The notes under the pieces are model-generated. The model had not been told where the DNA came from, made no database searches, and saw only the letters and a program-made list of their open reading frames with translations. From Negativicutes bacterium (lineage in GTDB: Bacteria; Bacillota; Negativicutes; UBA1444): a stretch of DNA of 64,000 nt. Below are positions 9,687 to 18,974 of the stretch, one piece after another. Numbering within the stretch: position 1 is the first letter of the stretch; every line of letters begins with the position of its first letter. Where the stretch lies: NCBI GenBank assembly GCA_963665275.2, contig CAXXIN010000019.1, positions 169,444 to 233,443 on the forward strand, in the 5' to 3' direction. The position numbers and the translations under genes are program-made.

Positions 9687-11150
9687 TTATTTCAGTTTCG
9701 CGATCTTCGGACCCATGATTTTTTTGTAGGCTTCCACGCCAGGCTGATCGTAGGCGTCCACGTCAGCCAGTTCCCCTTCATAGGCAACCGACAGCGCCAA
9801 TAGATAAAGAAGCTCACCGAGATGGAACGCCGACAGTTTCGGCAAGGTGAACACGGCGCTAAAGCGGCCATCCGCAGCCAAGGCTTCGGCGTTCGATTCC
9901 CGCGCCACTTCCAGCGCCGCAGCGAGTGAGATTCCGGCGAATTTGGCGACTGACGCCTCGCTCGGGAACACATCCGGCACCGTGATATCCTTGCCCCAGT
10001 CCTTGATTCGGAGGAACTGGACGACTTTGTCGCGAGCGCCGTCCTGGTGCTGCTGCGTCTGGGCGTGCATATCCGTCGTTCCGACAGCCACGATGGGAGT
10101 GCGGCCGTAGTATACAGGCCGCCCTTCGCGGTCCGTCCGCTTGCCTAGCGACTCGGCCAGCAGCTGGATGTACCACTCGGAAACGGATTTCAGATAATCC
10201 GCATAGGGCATGAAAACTTCGAGATGCCGCCCGTGGTTTTCCGAAGCGAGATATTTCAGCACGGCGCCCAGCAGGGCCGGGTTTTTGTAAACATCTGGTG
10301 TCTGGCAGGCCTCGTCCATCGCCCGTGCGCCACCCAGGAAAGCATCGATGTCGAACCCGATACAGGCAGCGGTGATCAAACCAACTTCAGCAAAGATGCT
10401 GAATCGTCCCCCTACGCCGTCCGGCACAGAGAACGTCGGCCAACCATGCGTGCGGGCCAACCGGTGCAGCACGGTCTCGTGCGGGCCCTCGGCCGGGTCA
10501 GTTACGGCGACCACCTTTACTTCAATCGGAGGAGTAAGGCGACGCAAAGCATCATAGAGAACCATGAAGTTTGCCGTTGTTTCAATCGTCGAACCCGATT
10601 TGGAGATCACGACGAGGCAGACTCGATACAACTGACTCGGGTGGTGCTGTCCCTTCAGACGCGCCTCCCGTTCCAGCTGCGCCAGGAGCTCGCCGGTGCG
10701 CCGTGGGTCCAGATTATTTCCCGAGAAATAAAGCTTGGGCCAGCCGCCGCGGTCAGACTCGGACTGCAGATTCCAGAACTCGCCGCAGTGCATGTCGAAC
10801 AGCACTTTGTTGCCGAGGTAGGAACCACCGATGCCGAACGAAACGACGGCATCCACCTTGTTGCGCAGCGAAGCGCCGAATTCTTTCAGCCGGGCGATAG
10901 AGGCTGGCGAATTGAGATGGCCGTCTTCAACGTAAGGCAGCTGGGTGAACAGCACCTTCTCCGGCGTGCCGTCTTTGGACAGATGGGCCTTCACTTCGCC
11001 GGTCGATCGCATGTGGACGATCCCCTGGTGTGCAGCGCCAATCCGGTCCACAAGGGCGTCGATTTCAGCGGGTGTGACTTTCCCTTCGCCAAACAGGTTT
11101 TCATAATCAAACGTGAAGCCGGAAGGCAGTTGCAAGGTTGTATCAGACAT
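9687..11150 (-). CDS. pgi: Glucose-6-phosphate isomerase
   Basis: 'GIGGSYLG', 'ISKSGSTIET', 'VGGRFS', 'QLLAESLGK', 'DQPGVEAYK'. Confidence 0.95.
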   Translation of the reverse strand: MSDTTLQLPSGFTFDYENLFGEGKVTPAEIDALVDRIGAAHQGIVHMRSTGEVKAHLSKDGTPEKVLFTQLPYVEDGHLNSPASIARLKEFGASLRNKVDAVVSFGIGGSYLGNKVLFDMHCGEFWNLQSESDRGGWPKLYFSGNNLDPRRTGELLAQLEREARLKGQHHPSQLYRVCLVVISKSGSTIETTANFMVLYDALRRLTPPIEVKVVAVTDPAEGPHETVLHRLARTHGWPTFSVPDGVGGRFSIFAEVGLITAACIGFDIDAFLGGARAMDEACQTPDVYKNPALLGAVLKYLASENHGRHLEVFMPYADYLKSVSEWYIQLLAESLGKRTDREGRPVYYGRTPIVAVGTTDMHAQTQQHQDGARDKVVQFLRIKDWGKDITVPDVFPSEASVAKFAGISLAAALEVARESNAEALAADGRFSAVFTLPKLSAFHLGELLYLLALSVAYEGELADVDAYDQPGVEAYKKIMGPKIAKLK

Positions 11151-11228
11151 GGGACGCACCTCCATATTCATCAGTATAAAAAACACTGAGAAGGGTAACG
11201 GGAAAAGGGACGCTCGATGCGGAATTTA

Positions 11229-12221
11229 TTATTTGTCGCCGTATCCACCCGGATGGCTGCGGTGCCAGTCCCAGGCTGTGCGCAGGATCGTGTCGACATC
11301 GCTGTAACGCATCCGCCAGTTGAAATCCTGCTGGAACTTCGCCGAAGACGCCACCAGTACGGCAGGGTCGCCGGCGCGGCGCGCGGCCTCCACCACCGGG
11401 AAATCAACGCCGGTGATTTTCTTGGCTTTATCGATCACTTCCCGCACCGAAAATCCGGTCTGCGAGCCGAGATTATAAGTCCGCGACTCACCGCCAGCCA
11501 GCAGATGCTCGATCGCCAGCACATGGGCGCTCGCCAGATCCGTCACATGGATGTAATCCCGGATGCAGGTGCCGTCCGGCGTCGGGTAATCGGTACCGTA
11601 CATCGAGATCGCGGTGCGCTGGCCAAGGGCAGTCTGCAGGATCAGCGGGATCAGGTGGCTCTCTGGAGTATGGTCTTCGCCCACGCCGCCCGCCGGCAGT
11701 GCGCCTGCCGCATTGAAATAGCGCAGAACGACATACGAAAATCCGTAGGCCATCGCGAAATCCGCCAACATTCCCTCAATGATCAGTTTGGTCCGTCCAT
11801 AAACGTTCGTCGGCCTTAGCGCTGCATCCTCGCGGATCGGACAGGATTCCGGTTCACCGTAAACCGCCGCCGTCGACGAGAACACGATTTTTTTGATATT
11901 CGCCTGGTTCAATGATTCCAGGAGCGACAGCGTCGCTGCCACATTGTCCCGGTAATATTTCGCGGGATTCACCATCGACTCGCCGACTTCGCTCGCCGCT
12001 GCGAAGTGCATTACCGCATCGATCGGAAATTTCGCGAACGTCTCCGCCAACAGCGCCGCATCGCGGATATCGCCCTGGACGAAAGGAACTCCAGCCGGCA
12101 CAGCGGCTCGATGGCCCTTCACCAGACTGTCGAACACCACGACATCATGCCCCGACGCCTTCAACTCATGTACCGCGTGAGAGCCGATATACCCAGCCCC
12201 ACCCGTCACCAATACCTTCAT
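11229..12221 (-). CDS. galE: UDP-glucose 4-epimerase
   Basis: 'VTGGAGYIGSH', 'FSSTAAVYG', 'YGRTK', 'LRYFNAAGA', 'DGTCIRDYIHV'. Confidence 0.96.
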   Translation of the reverse strand: MKVLVTGGAGYIGSHAVHELKASGHDVVVFDSLVKGHRAAVPAGVPFVQGDIRDAALLAETFAKFPIDAVMHFAAASEVGESMVNPAKYYRDNVAATLSLLESLNQANIKKIVFSSTAAVYGEPESCPIREDAALRPTNVYGRTKLIIEGMLADFAMAYGFSYVVLRYFNAAGALPAGGVGEDHTPESHLIPLILQTALGQRTAISMYGTDYPTPDGTCIRDYIHVTDLASAHVLAIEHLLAGGESRTYNLGSQTGFSVREVIDKAKKITGVDFPVVEAARRAGDPAVLVASSAKFQQDFNWRMRYSDVDTILRTAWDWHRSHPGGYGDK

Positions 12222-12249
12222 ACAATCGCCTCGCAAATTCTACTTTCTT

Positions 12250-12284
12250 CCATAAAAGGAAGGATTCCCGGTGCCTGTCACCGG
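12250..12284 (-). repeat. Hairpin site copy B (left direct repeat)
   Basis: CCGGTG-CCTGT-CACCGG at 12268-12284, 6-bp stem / 5-nt loop. Confidence 0.9.
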
Positions 12285-12338
12285 CTGCGCACTTTCGTTG
12301 CGGCAGCCATTGAAGTATAATAAATTTGGGTGATGATG

Positions 12339-12572
12339 ATGAAACAGCCGATTGATCTAAAAACTGCAATGGAACAAACTCGCTGCAAAACGGTCGGACT
12401 TCGCGCGGCCTCCATTGTTGTTCCTGAAAAAAAGCCACGTGTGAAACCTCGAAAACCTAGCGAAACGTTGGCGTTGTGCAGGGCAGTCGTTTGGGCAGTT
12501 CTAGAGGCCAAACGCTCCGGTCGGTTGGTGAAACTCTCCCCTGTCGGTTATCGGCTGCATTGGGAGGAATAA
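12339..12572 (+). CDS. Small basic hypothetical protein, translationally coupled to the NTase (possible antitoxin/partner)
   Basis: TAATG stop/start overlap at 12570-12574; TATAAT at 12316-12321 upstream. Confidence 0.6.
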   Translation: MKQPIDLKTAMEQTRCKTVGLRAASIVVPEKKPRVKPRKPSETLALCRAVVWAVLEAKRSGRLVKLSPVGYRLHWEE

Positions 12573-13147
12573 TGGACGAACTCAAACAACTTCTGCACGA
12601 CTTGCCGCAGGAAAAGTCAATTTTAGAACAACAACTCACAGTCTCGGGCATTATTGCCGACGCGTTCAAACCGTTTGGCGTTTTCCCTGTCGTTGTGGGC
12701 GGGGCTGCAGTTGAATTTTACACGATGGGAAGCTACACCACCCGTGACATCGATCTTATCGTGGAAGACCCGGAATTTATTAAAGATGTAATGACCGGTC
12801 TGGGCTTTAAAAACGATGCTGGGACCTGGTATCTGCCCGAAAATCCCGCTATCATCGTTGAATTTCCTAAAGGGCCTCTGGCCGGCGACTGGAAAAGAGT
12901 TCAACCAGTTGAGTTGCCGAATGGACACACAGCTTATCTGCTCTCTTTGGAAGATATCTTGATTGACCGCACGCTCGCCGCAAAATACTGGGCTGACGGG
13001 TCCGAGGAATGGGTGCGCTTCATGATGGTTGCACACTATGAAGAAATCGACTGGAAATACCTGCGCCGAGTTGCAACCCGTGAACTGTGCCTCGACACTC
13101 TGGAACGCGCCAGGAACTGGGCCCGCCGCAAGCGCAAAAAGCTATAA
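12572..13147 (+). CDS. Nucleotidyltransferase-fold protein (DUF6036/AbiEii-like)
   Basis: 'VVVGGAAVEFY....TRDIDLI' (GG + DxD Pol-beta motifs), 'SLEDILIDR', 'IDWKYL'; GGAGG RBS. Confidence 0.8.
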   Translation: MDELKQLLHDLPQEKSILEQQLTVSGIIADAFKPFGVFPVVVGGAAVEFYTMGSYTTRDIDLIVEDPEFIKDVMTGLGFKNDAGTWYLPENPAIIVEFPKGPLAGDWKRVQPVELPNGHTAYLLSLEDILIDRTLAAKYWADGSEEWVRFMMVAHYEEIDWKYLRRVATRELCLDTLERARNWARRKRKKL

Positions 13148-13711
13148 TTACTTTCCGGTGCCTGTCACCGGTTTTTTTTCGTCTTCTTGCACCGAAGCAT
13201 TCACATAGTTGATCCAATCAAGCGGCAATTCAATAGGTGGTTGCGACAATATCGACCACGCAGGACTCGGGAGCCTTCGCTCATGCGCAGACGACCACCG
13301 CCAGTCATCGCAGGATTTACACAATCCGGCCCGCACTGGATTGGCCTCAACATAACGCATCAGAGTAAACATCTGAGCATCATCTTTGACCAGCAGCGAT
13401 TTATATCTTCCCTGCCATACATGCCCGACACTCTCATATTTTTCCCGATACCGATGCGAATGCGTAGACAAAAGCCAGTGCATACCACGGGACATATTGT
13501 CTGCCTCCATCGGCCATAACACAAAATGAAAATGGTTGGGCATCAAACTGTAGGCCAATACCCGCACTGGGAATTTTTCTTGCGCCGATTGCATTAAATC
13601 CAGGAAGTCTACATAATCCTGATTTGTTTGGAAAACAGCTTCCCGATTATTTCCCCGATTCAATACGTGATAAATAAATCCATCACATATGGACCTGGCC
13701 ATCCGAGGCAT
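13148..13711 (-). CDS. Y1 HUH transposase, REP-associated tyrosine transposase (RAYT)-like
   Basis: 'MPRMAR', 'YHVLNRGNNR', HUH 'LMPNHFH', 'GHVWQGRYKS', catalytic 'RYVEANP', 'WRWSS'. Confidence 0.92.
   Translation of the reverse strand: MPRMARSICDGFIYHVLNRGNNREAVFQTNQDYVDFLDLMQSAQEKFPVRVLAYSLMPNHFHFVLWPMEADNMSRGMHWLLSTHSHRYREKYESVGHVWQGRYKSLLVKDDAQMFTLMRYVEANPVRAGLCKSCDDWRWSSAHERRLPSPAWSILSQPPIELPLDWINYVNASVQEDEKKPVTGTGK
13155..13179. repeat. Hairpin site copy C inside the RAYT 3' end; followed by T8 on + strand
   Basis: CCGGTGCCTGTCACCGG-TTTTTTTT; encodes the 'PVTGTG' tail of the transposase. Confidence 0.9.
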
Positions 13712-13762
13712 ATGCGCCACTTCTTTCGTTACGCCAAAGCTCGACTTTTTTTACATACATAT

Positions 13763-13795
13763 CCATAAAAGGGAGGATTGTCGGTGCCTGTCACC
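13763..13795 (-). repeat. Hairpin site copy D (right direct repeat), 14 nt after galU stop
   Basis: CGGTGCCTGTCACC at 13782-13795. Confidence 0.9.
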
Positions 13796-13809
13796 CCTTC
13801 CCCCCACAT

Positions 13810-14697
13810 TCATAGGTCGGTTTCCCGGCCAACGGTTTTCATCAGAAAGCGCAGGAACGGATCACGCAGATCAGGACGCTTGAGGGCGAAGTCCACCGTC
13901 GCCTCGAGGAATCCCTGCTTGTCGCCCACATCGTAGCGGCGCCCTTCAAATTCATAGGCATAGACCGGCTCGATCTCCGAAAGCTTCTTCAGCGCATCGG
14001 TCAGCTGAATCTCGCCGCCCCGACCTGGCTCGGTCTTCTCCAGAATCCCGAAGATTTTCGGAGAAATGATATAGCGTCCGAGCACCGCGAGTCGGGACGG
14101 AGCTTCCTCGATCGAGGGTTTCTCCACCAGATCATCGGCCCGCCACAGGCGCTCACTCACCGCAGTCGGCTTCACCACGCCATAGCTCGACACCCGGTCT
14201 TTCGGCACTTCCTGTACGCCCAACACACTGCCGCCGCAGCTGTCGTAAACATCCATCAGCTGTTTCAGCACCGGCACTTCGGCGTCCATGATATCATCGC
14301 CCAGCAGCACCGCGAACGGTTCGTCGCCGACGAAATGCTTGGCGCAGAGCACTGCGTGCCCCAGACCCTTCGGCTCCTTCTGCCGCACGTAGTGAATCGT
14401 CACTCGCGAGAGTTCCTGCACCAGTCCGAGTAAATCATATTTCCCCTGGGCCTTCAGCGTCATTTCCAGCTCGATCGCGCGGTCGAAGTGGTCTTCGATG
14501 GCGCGTTTGTTGCGGCCGGTGATGATCAGGATATCCTCAATGCCCGAATCGATCGCTTCTTCAATAATGTACTGGATACAGGGCTTGTCCACGATCGGCA
14601 GCATTTCTTTGGGTTGTGCCTTGGTCGCAGGCAAAAAACGTGTCCCGAGTCCCGCCGCCGGAATGACCGCCGTTCGAATACTAGGCTTTTTCTGCAT
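13810..14697 (-). CDS. galU: UTP--glucose-1-phosphate uridylyltransferase
   Basis: 'AVIPAAGLGTRFLPATKAQPKEMLPIVDKP', 'GEIQLTDA'. Confidence 0.97.
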   Translation of the reverse strand: MQKKPSIRTAVIPAAGLGTRFLPATKAQPKEMLPIVDKPCIQYIIEEAIDSGIEDILIITGRNKRAIEDHFDRAIELEMTLKAQGKYDLLGLVQELSRVTIHYVRQKEPKGLGHAVLCAKHFVGDEPFAVLLGDDIMDAEVPVLKQLMDVYDSCGGSVLGVQEVPKDRVSSYGVVKPTAVSERLWRADDLVEKPSIEEAPSRLAVLGRYIISPKIFGILEKTEPGRGGEIQLTDALKKLSEIEPVYAYEFEGRRYDVGDKQGFLEATVDFALKRPDLRDPFLRFLMKTVGRETDL

Positions 14698-16090
14698 GTT
14701 CCACCGCCCCTTTCAAAATTTGCTGCACCGCCTCGCTGCTCTGCGCCTCGCAATAAACACGCACGATCGGCTCGGTGCCCGATCCCCGGAAAATCACCCA
14801 GCCATCGGCAAACTCCAGCTTCGTTCCATCCCCGACCGTCACCGCCAGCACCGGCTTGCCGCCGATTGCCTGGGGCGCCGCGCTTTCCAGGGCGCTCATC
14901 AGGCGTTCCTTGCGCGCCATGTCCAAATGCAGATCCCGCCGGTCATAGAAGAAACTGCCCAGTTCGGCCGACATCTCGTCAAGCAACTGTCCCAATGTCT
15001 TGCCGTAAGCTGCCGCTGTTTCGATCAGCAAAAAGCCAAGCAGGATACCATCACGTTCCGGAATATAGCCTTTGACCGACAGACCGCCGGACTCCTCGCC
15101 GCCGATCAGGACATTCTCTTTCAGCATCAGCTCCGCCACATACTTGAATCCGACCGGAGTCTGGCGCGTCTGCAGCTCGTATTTTTCGCACAGGCGCTTC
15201 ACTTGCTCCGACATTGTCAGCGTCTGCACCACGATTCCCCTGAGGCCGCGTTTTTCAACCAAATATTTCAGCAGCAGACACAGAATCTGGTAGGGAGTAA
15301 TGTAGCGGCCATCCGAATCAATGGCGCCGATGCGGTCGCCATCCCCATCCGTGGCCAGCCCGATATACGCTTTTTGCTCCAGCACCGCCTGCCGCAGAGC
15401 ATCCAGATTCTTCTCGATCGGCTCCGGATTCACGCCGCCGAACATCGGATCATAGCTGCTGCGGACTTCGGTGAGATTCAGACCGTACGTCTCCGCCAGG
15501 TCGGCCGCATACCCTTGCGCCGAACCGTGCATCACGTCGAATACGATTTTGTCCTTGAACGTCATCAGGATCTCGGGATCTAGCATCTGCCGCACATGAT
15601 CGAGATAAGACTTTTGCGCCGAATACTTTTCCACCGACGCCGGCAGCGGTATTTTCGGCACGACCGTCTTCTCGCCTTCCAGCCGGCTCACGCAGGATTC
15701 AATCTCCGCCACCAGCTCCGGCGGCGCAGAACCGCCGAAAGAGGCCTTGAACTTCAGCCCGTTATACTCCGGCGGGTTGTGGCTCGCGGTGATCATCACG
15801 CCGCCTGCCGCTTTGCGATCCTTCACCTGCCAGGTCAACGCCGGGCTCGACAGCATCTCCGAGGATAGCCACACCTTGATGCCCTCATCCGCCAGCACCG
15901 CCGCACAGTCCTGCGCGTACTTCGCCGACAGGAATCGCGCATCATAGCCGACCACGATCCCCTTGGACTGCTCCTCACGGCGTCTCACCCATTCCGCGAT
16001 GCCCGCCGCCACCAGCCGCACATTGGCGAATGTGTAGTCCTCGCTGATCACTCCTCGCCAGCCGTCAGTCCCGAATTTTATCTTAGCCAT
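14681..16090 (-). CDS. Phosphoglucomutase/phosphomannomutase
   Basis: 'KFGTDGWRG', 'ITASHNP', 'DGDGDR', 'GGEESGG', 'RGSGTEP'. Confidence 0.95.
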   Translation of the reverse strand: MAKIKFGTDGWRGVISEDYTFANVRLVAAGIAEWVRRREEQSKGIVVGYDARFLSAKYAQDCAAVLADEGIKVWLSSEMLSSPALTWQVKDRKAAGGVMITASHNPPEYNGLKFKASFGGSAPPELVAEIESCVSRLEGEKTVVPKIPLPASVEKYSAQKSYLDHVRQMLDPEILMTFKDKIVFDVMHGSAQGYAADLAETYGLNLTEVRSSYDPMFGGVNPEPIEKNLDALRQAVLEQKAYIGLATDGDGDRIGAIDSDGRYITPYQILCLLLKYLVEKRGLRGIVVQTLTMSEQVKRLCEKYELQTRQTPVGFKYVAELMLKENVLIGGEESGGLSVKGYIPERDGILLGFLLIETAAAYGKTLGQLLDEMSAELGSFFYDRRDLHLDMARKERLMSALESAAPQAIGGKPVLAVTVGDGTKLEFADGWVIFRGSGTEPIVRVYCEAQSSEAVQQILKGAVEHAEKA

Positions 16091-16113
16091 GAGCCAACCT
16101 CCCTAATTCTCTC

Positions 16114-16146
16114 AAAAATGTCAGAGATCCCGGTGCCTGTCACCGG
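16114..16146 (-). repeat. Hairpin site copy E, supplies the TGA stop of manC
   Basis: AAAAATGTCAGAGATCCCGGTGCCTGTCACCGG; TCA at 16140-16142. Confidence 0.9.
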
Positions 16147-17528
16147 CCTGCACGGCCGTAAACGTCCTCGAAACGCACGATGTCGTCTTCTCCCAGATAG
16201 CGGCCGCTCTGCACCTCGATGAGGACCAGGGGCACCTTGCCCGGATTGGCCAGTCGATGCTTCACCGTCTGCGGCACGAACACACTTTCATCATCGCACA
16301 CCAGTTGTTCCCGATCGCCGATCGTCACCAGCGCGGTCCCGCTGACCACCACCCAGTGTTCGCTGCGATGATGGTGCATTTGTAGGCTCAGCACCTGAGC
16401 TGGATTCACGACAATCCGCTTGATCTTGTAGTCAGGCCCTTCGCCCAGAATTGTGTAGTTGCCCCATGGTCGATAATCAGTCAGATGCTCGCTGGCCTCA
16501 CGCCGTCCTTTGGCTTTCAGCCGCGCCACCACATCCTTCACTTTCTGCGACTCGCCTTTTTTCGCCACCAGGATAGCATCCGCCGTCTCGATGACAATCA
16601 TGTCTTCCAGCCCAATGCCGGCTACCAGGTGTCGGTGCGACAGCATTAGCGTATTGTTGCAATCAATATTGATGCAGTCGCCTTGTACCGCATTGCCGGC
16701 TTCATCCTTGCCCAGCACATCGTAGATCGCGTCCCAGGATCCAATGTCGTTCCAGTAAGCCGCCAGAGGGATGACGAGTACATCGGCCGCCTTCTCCATG
16801 ATACCGTAGTCGATCGACACATCAGGCATCTGCTCGAACTGCTCCAGCACCGTCTCCACCGGTTGGGCTGTCAATGCGCTGATGGCAGGCTGTTGCGCGG
16901 CCAGTTCCTGCAAAAACCGTCCCATCGTGAAGGCGAACATGCCGGAGTTCCAGTAATAATTTCCTGCCGCCACATACTTCTCGGCTGTCTCACGGTCGGG
17001 TTTCTCGCGGAAGGAATTCACCACGAACGCCCCGTTGAAAGAATCACCGGCCTGAATGTAGCCGTAGCCAGTCTCAGGCGAGGACGGCTTCACGCCGAAC
17101 GTCACAATACTGCCTGTCTCCGCCAGTTTCACGGCTTCCAGCACTCCGGCGGCGAATACGTCAACCGGGCGGATCACATGGTCGCAGGGAGTGACGAATA
17201 GCACTTCTGAATCGGCGACCCCCAGTTTGTCACGGCAAAAAGCAGCCGCCAAAGCGATGGCCGGGGCGGTGTTGCGACCTGCCGGCTCCAGTGCCACCTG
17301 CGCCTCCGAAGCTCCGCAGGAAGCGAGTTCAGACTTCACCAAATATTCGTGCATCTGATTGGTGATGACAACGAGATTTTTCGCCTCCGTTACGGCCAAA
17401 AACCGCTGCACGGTCTGGACAAACAGGGACTCTGCGCCGGTCACTTTCAAAAACTGTTTCGGGAACCGCGCACGGGAAAGCGGGAACAGGCGGGTGCCGC
17501 CGCCGCCAGCAAGCAAAATAATTTTCAT
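16140..17528 (-). CDS. manC: Mannose-1-phosphate guanylyltransferase / mannose-6-phosphate isomerase
   Basis: 'LAGGGGTRLFPLSR..PKQF', 'GRNTAPA', 'RPWG', 'LSLQMHHHRSEHW'. Confidence 0.95.
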   Translation of the reverse strand: MKIILLAGGGGTRLFPLSRARFPKQFLKVTGAESLFVQTVQRFLAVTEAKNLVVITNQMHEYLVKSELASCGASEAQVALEPAGRNTAPAIALAAAFCRDKLGVADSEVLFVTPCDHVIRPVDVFAAGVLEAVKLAETGSIVTFGVKPSSPETGYGYIQAGDSFNGAFVVNSFREKPDRETAEKYVAAGNYYWNSGMFAFTMGRFLQELAAQQPAISALTAQPVETVLEQFEQMPDVSIDYGIMEKAADVLVIPLAAYWNDIGSWDAIYDVLGKDEAGNAVQGDCINIDCNNTLMLSHRHLVAGIGLEDMIVIETADAILVAKKGESQKVKDVVARLKAKGRREASEHLTDYRPWGNYTILGEGPDYKIKRIVVNPAQVLSLQMHHHRSEHWVVVSGTALVTIGDREQLVCDDESVFVPQTVKHRLANPGKVPLVLIEVQSGRYLGEDDIVRFEDVYGRAGR

Positions 17529-17757
17529 CGGAATCAATTCCTCTCCGTCATCTTTTTTGCTGCGATTTATTCATTGAATATGCAGCCAATATACATCCGG
17601 CCACGACTTATAACGTATTTTATTTCGTCAAGTTGTCCCATATTTCCTGCCAGTTTTTCCATACCGGCGATAAATTAATGCCCCTACTCAGCTTCCTGTG
17701 ATATAATTTTCCAAGAGTTTTCAGTAAAAATTTATCCGGGGCGGGGGGAATCTGCAC

Positions 17758-18855
17758 TTGAGTCGAAAATCTGCACCGCATCAAAACATTCTCATCATCC
17801 ACACGCATGGCGGCATGGGCGACCTGCTGCTGTCTTCGGTTTTGGCGGAAGCTATGCACCGCTGCTACCCCGGCTGCCGCGTAACTTTTTGGCCGAATCA
17901 GCGCTTCGCGGCGCTGCTCGAGCATCACCCGTTCATTGACGCCTGCCTCGACCTTGACCCCTCCGCCTCGCTTTTGACCAAAGCCCGGTGGCTCCACGCC
18001 GAACACTTCGACACCGTCCTCGTTCCTTGGTCGGTCAGCTCTCATGCGTGGCTCACTGCGCTCGCCGGTATCCCGACCCGCGTCGGACAGGGCGGTCGTC
18101 TCACCTACAGTTTTCTCTTCACCCACCCGGTTCGGGTGCGCTCCGTATACGGCGACATCACCAGCCACTGGACGGACATCCAGCTCGACTACGCCCGCGC
18201 CATCGGCTGCGAGACTCCGTCTGACCTCTTGCCTGTCGTCATCACCACCCCACAGGAAAAAGCAACGGCCGCCGCCTTTTTGCCAAGCGTCGGCATCTTG
18301 GGCGAACGGCCGGTCTGCGGCCTCCATATCTGCAAAGGTCTGGCGGTGGACGAACAGCGCTGGCCCATCGACCGCTTCGCAGATATCGCCGCCGGAATGA
18401 TGCGCAAAGGGTTCGACGTCGTACTGACAGGCACCGCCAGCGAAAATCCGCTCACCGCCAGAGTGCGGGAACTGGCGCAAGCTCAACAGCCGGTAGAAAC
18501 CGATCGTGCGGATACACACGCCCGCCCCCCCCTGATCTTCGACCTTGCCGGCGTCTGTTCGCTGCGCGAGACGGCTGCCGTTCTCGAACGCATGAACGTC
18601 TTCATCTGCCCGGACACCGGAACCGGCCACCTGGCCGCCGCCCTCGGCGTCCCGGTCGTCTCCATATTCCCCCTGCGCTCCGACATACCGGCCCGCTGGC
18701 GGCCAGCCATTGCCGGATCCCGCATCATCCGACCCACGAATTACGAGTGCACCGGCCCCTGTGTGAAGGAAACCTGCCCCCGCTTCACCTGCCTGCTGCA
18801 CATCGATGCAGGCGAAGTGGTCCGGGCGGCAGAAGAAATCGCAAAACGGGTGTAA
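17758..18855 (+). CDS. Glycosyltransferase family 9 (LPS heptosyltransferase-like)
   Basis: 'GGMGDLLLS', 'RWPIDRF', 'CPDTGTGHLAAALGVPVV'. Confidence 0.88.
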   Translation: MSRKSAPHQNILIIHTHGGMGDLLLSSVLAEAMHRCYPGCRVTFWPNQRFAALLEHHPFIDACLDLDPSASLLTKARWLHAEHFDTVLVPWSVSSHAWLTALAGIPTRVGQGGRLTYSFLFTHPVRVRSVYGDITSHWTDIQLDYARAIGCETPSDLLPVVITTPQEKATAAAFLPSVGILGERPVCGLHICKGLAVDEQRWPIDRFADIAAGMMRKGFDVVLTGTASENPLTARVRELAQAQQPVETDRADTHARPPLIFDLAGVCSLRETAAVLERMNVFICPDTGTGHLAAALGVPVVSIFPLRSDIPARWRPAIAGSRIIRPTNYECTGPCVKETCPRFTCLLHIDAGEVVRAAEEIAKRV

Positions 18856-18887
18856 TGAAAGTCGCGGGGCAACTGTCAGAAAAATTT

Positions 18888-18928
18888 AAACAGGAGGTGT
18901 GAAATCTATCTTTCACACCTCCTGTTTT
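18888..18928. terminator. Bidirectional intrinsic terminator
   Basis: AAACAGGAGGTGTGAAA...TTTCACACCTCCTGTTTT between convergent genes. Confidence 0.85.
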
Positions 18929-18974
18929 CTCATACAAACCCCGACGGAGATCCCGTCACTCGTCTTTACTCGGA

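Larger units (their letters stand above)
12250..13795. mobile_element. Insert between galU and galE carrying small ORF + nucleotidyltransferase + RAYT-like transposase, bounded by 33-bp direct repeats
   Basis: 12250-12282 CCATAAAAGGAAGGATTCCCGGTGCCTGTCACC vs 13763-13795 CCATAAAAGGGAGGATTGTCGGTGCCTGTCACC (30/33 identical). Confidence 0.75.

Noticed and set aside
13148-13711. Canonical IS200/IS605 element with TnpB
   Set aside because: No tnpB or typical subterminal ends; protein motifs (MPR, RGNNR, NP, WSS) fit the RAYT-like clade.
18425-18436. TGACAGGCACCG, 12-nt partial match to the hairpin site
   Set aside because: Mid-CDS of GT9 (codons LTGTA), lacks the GGTG arm and the flank; probably chance.
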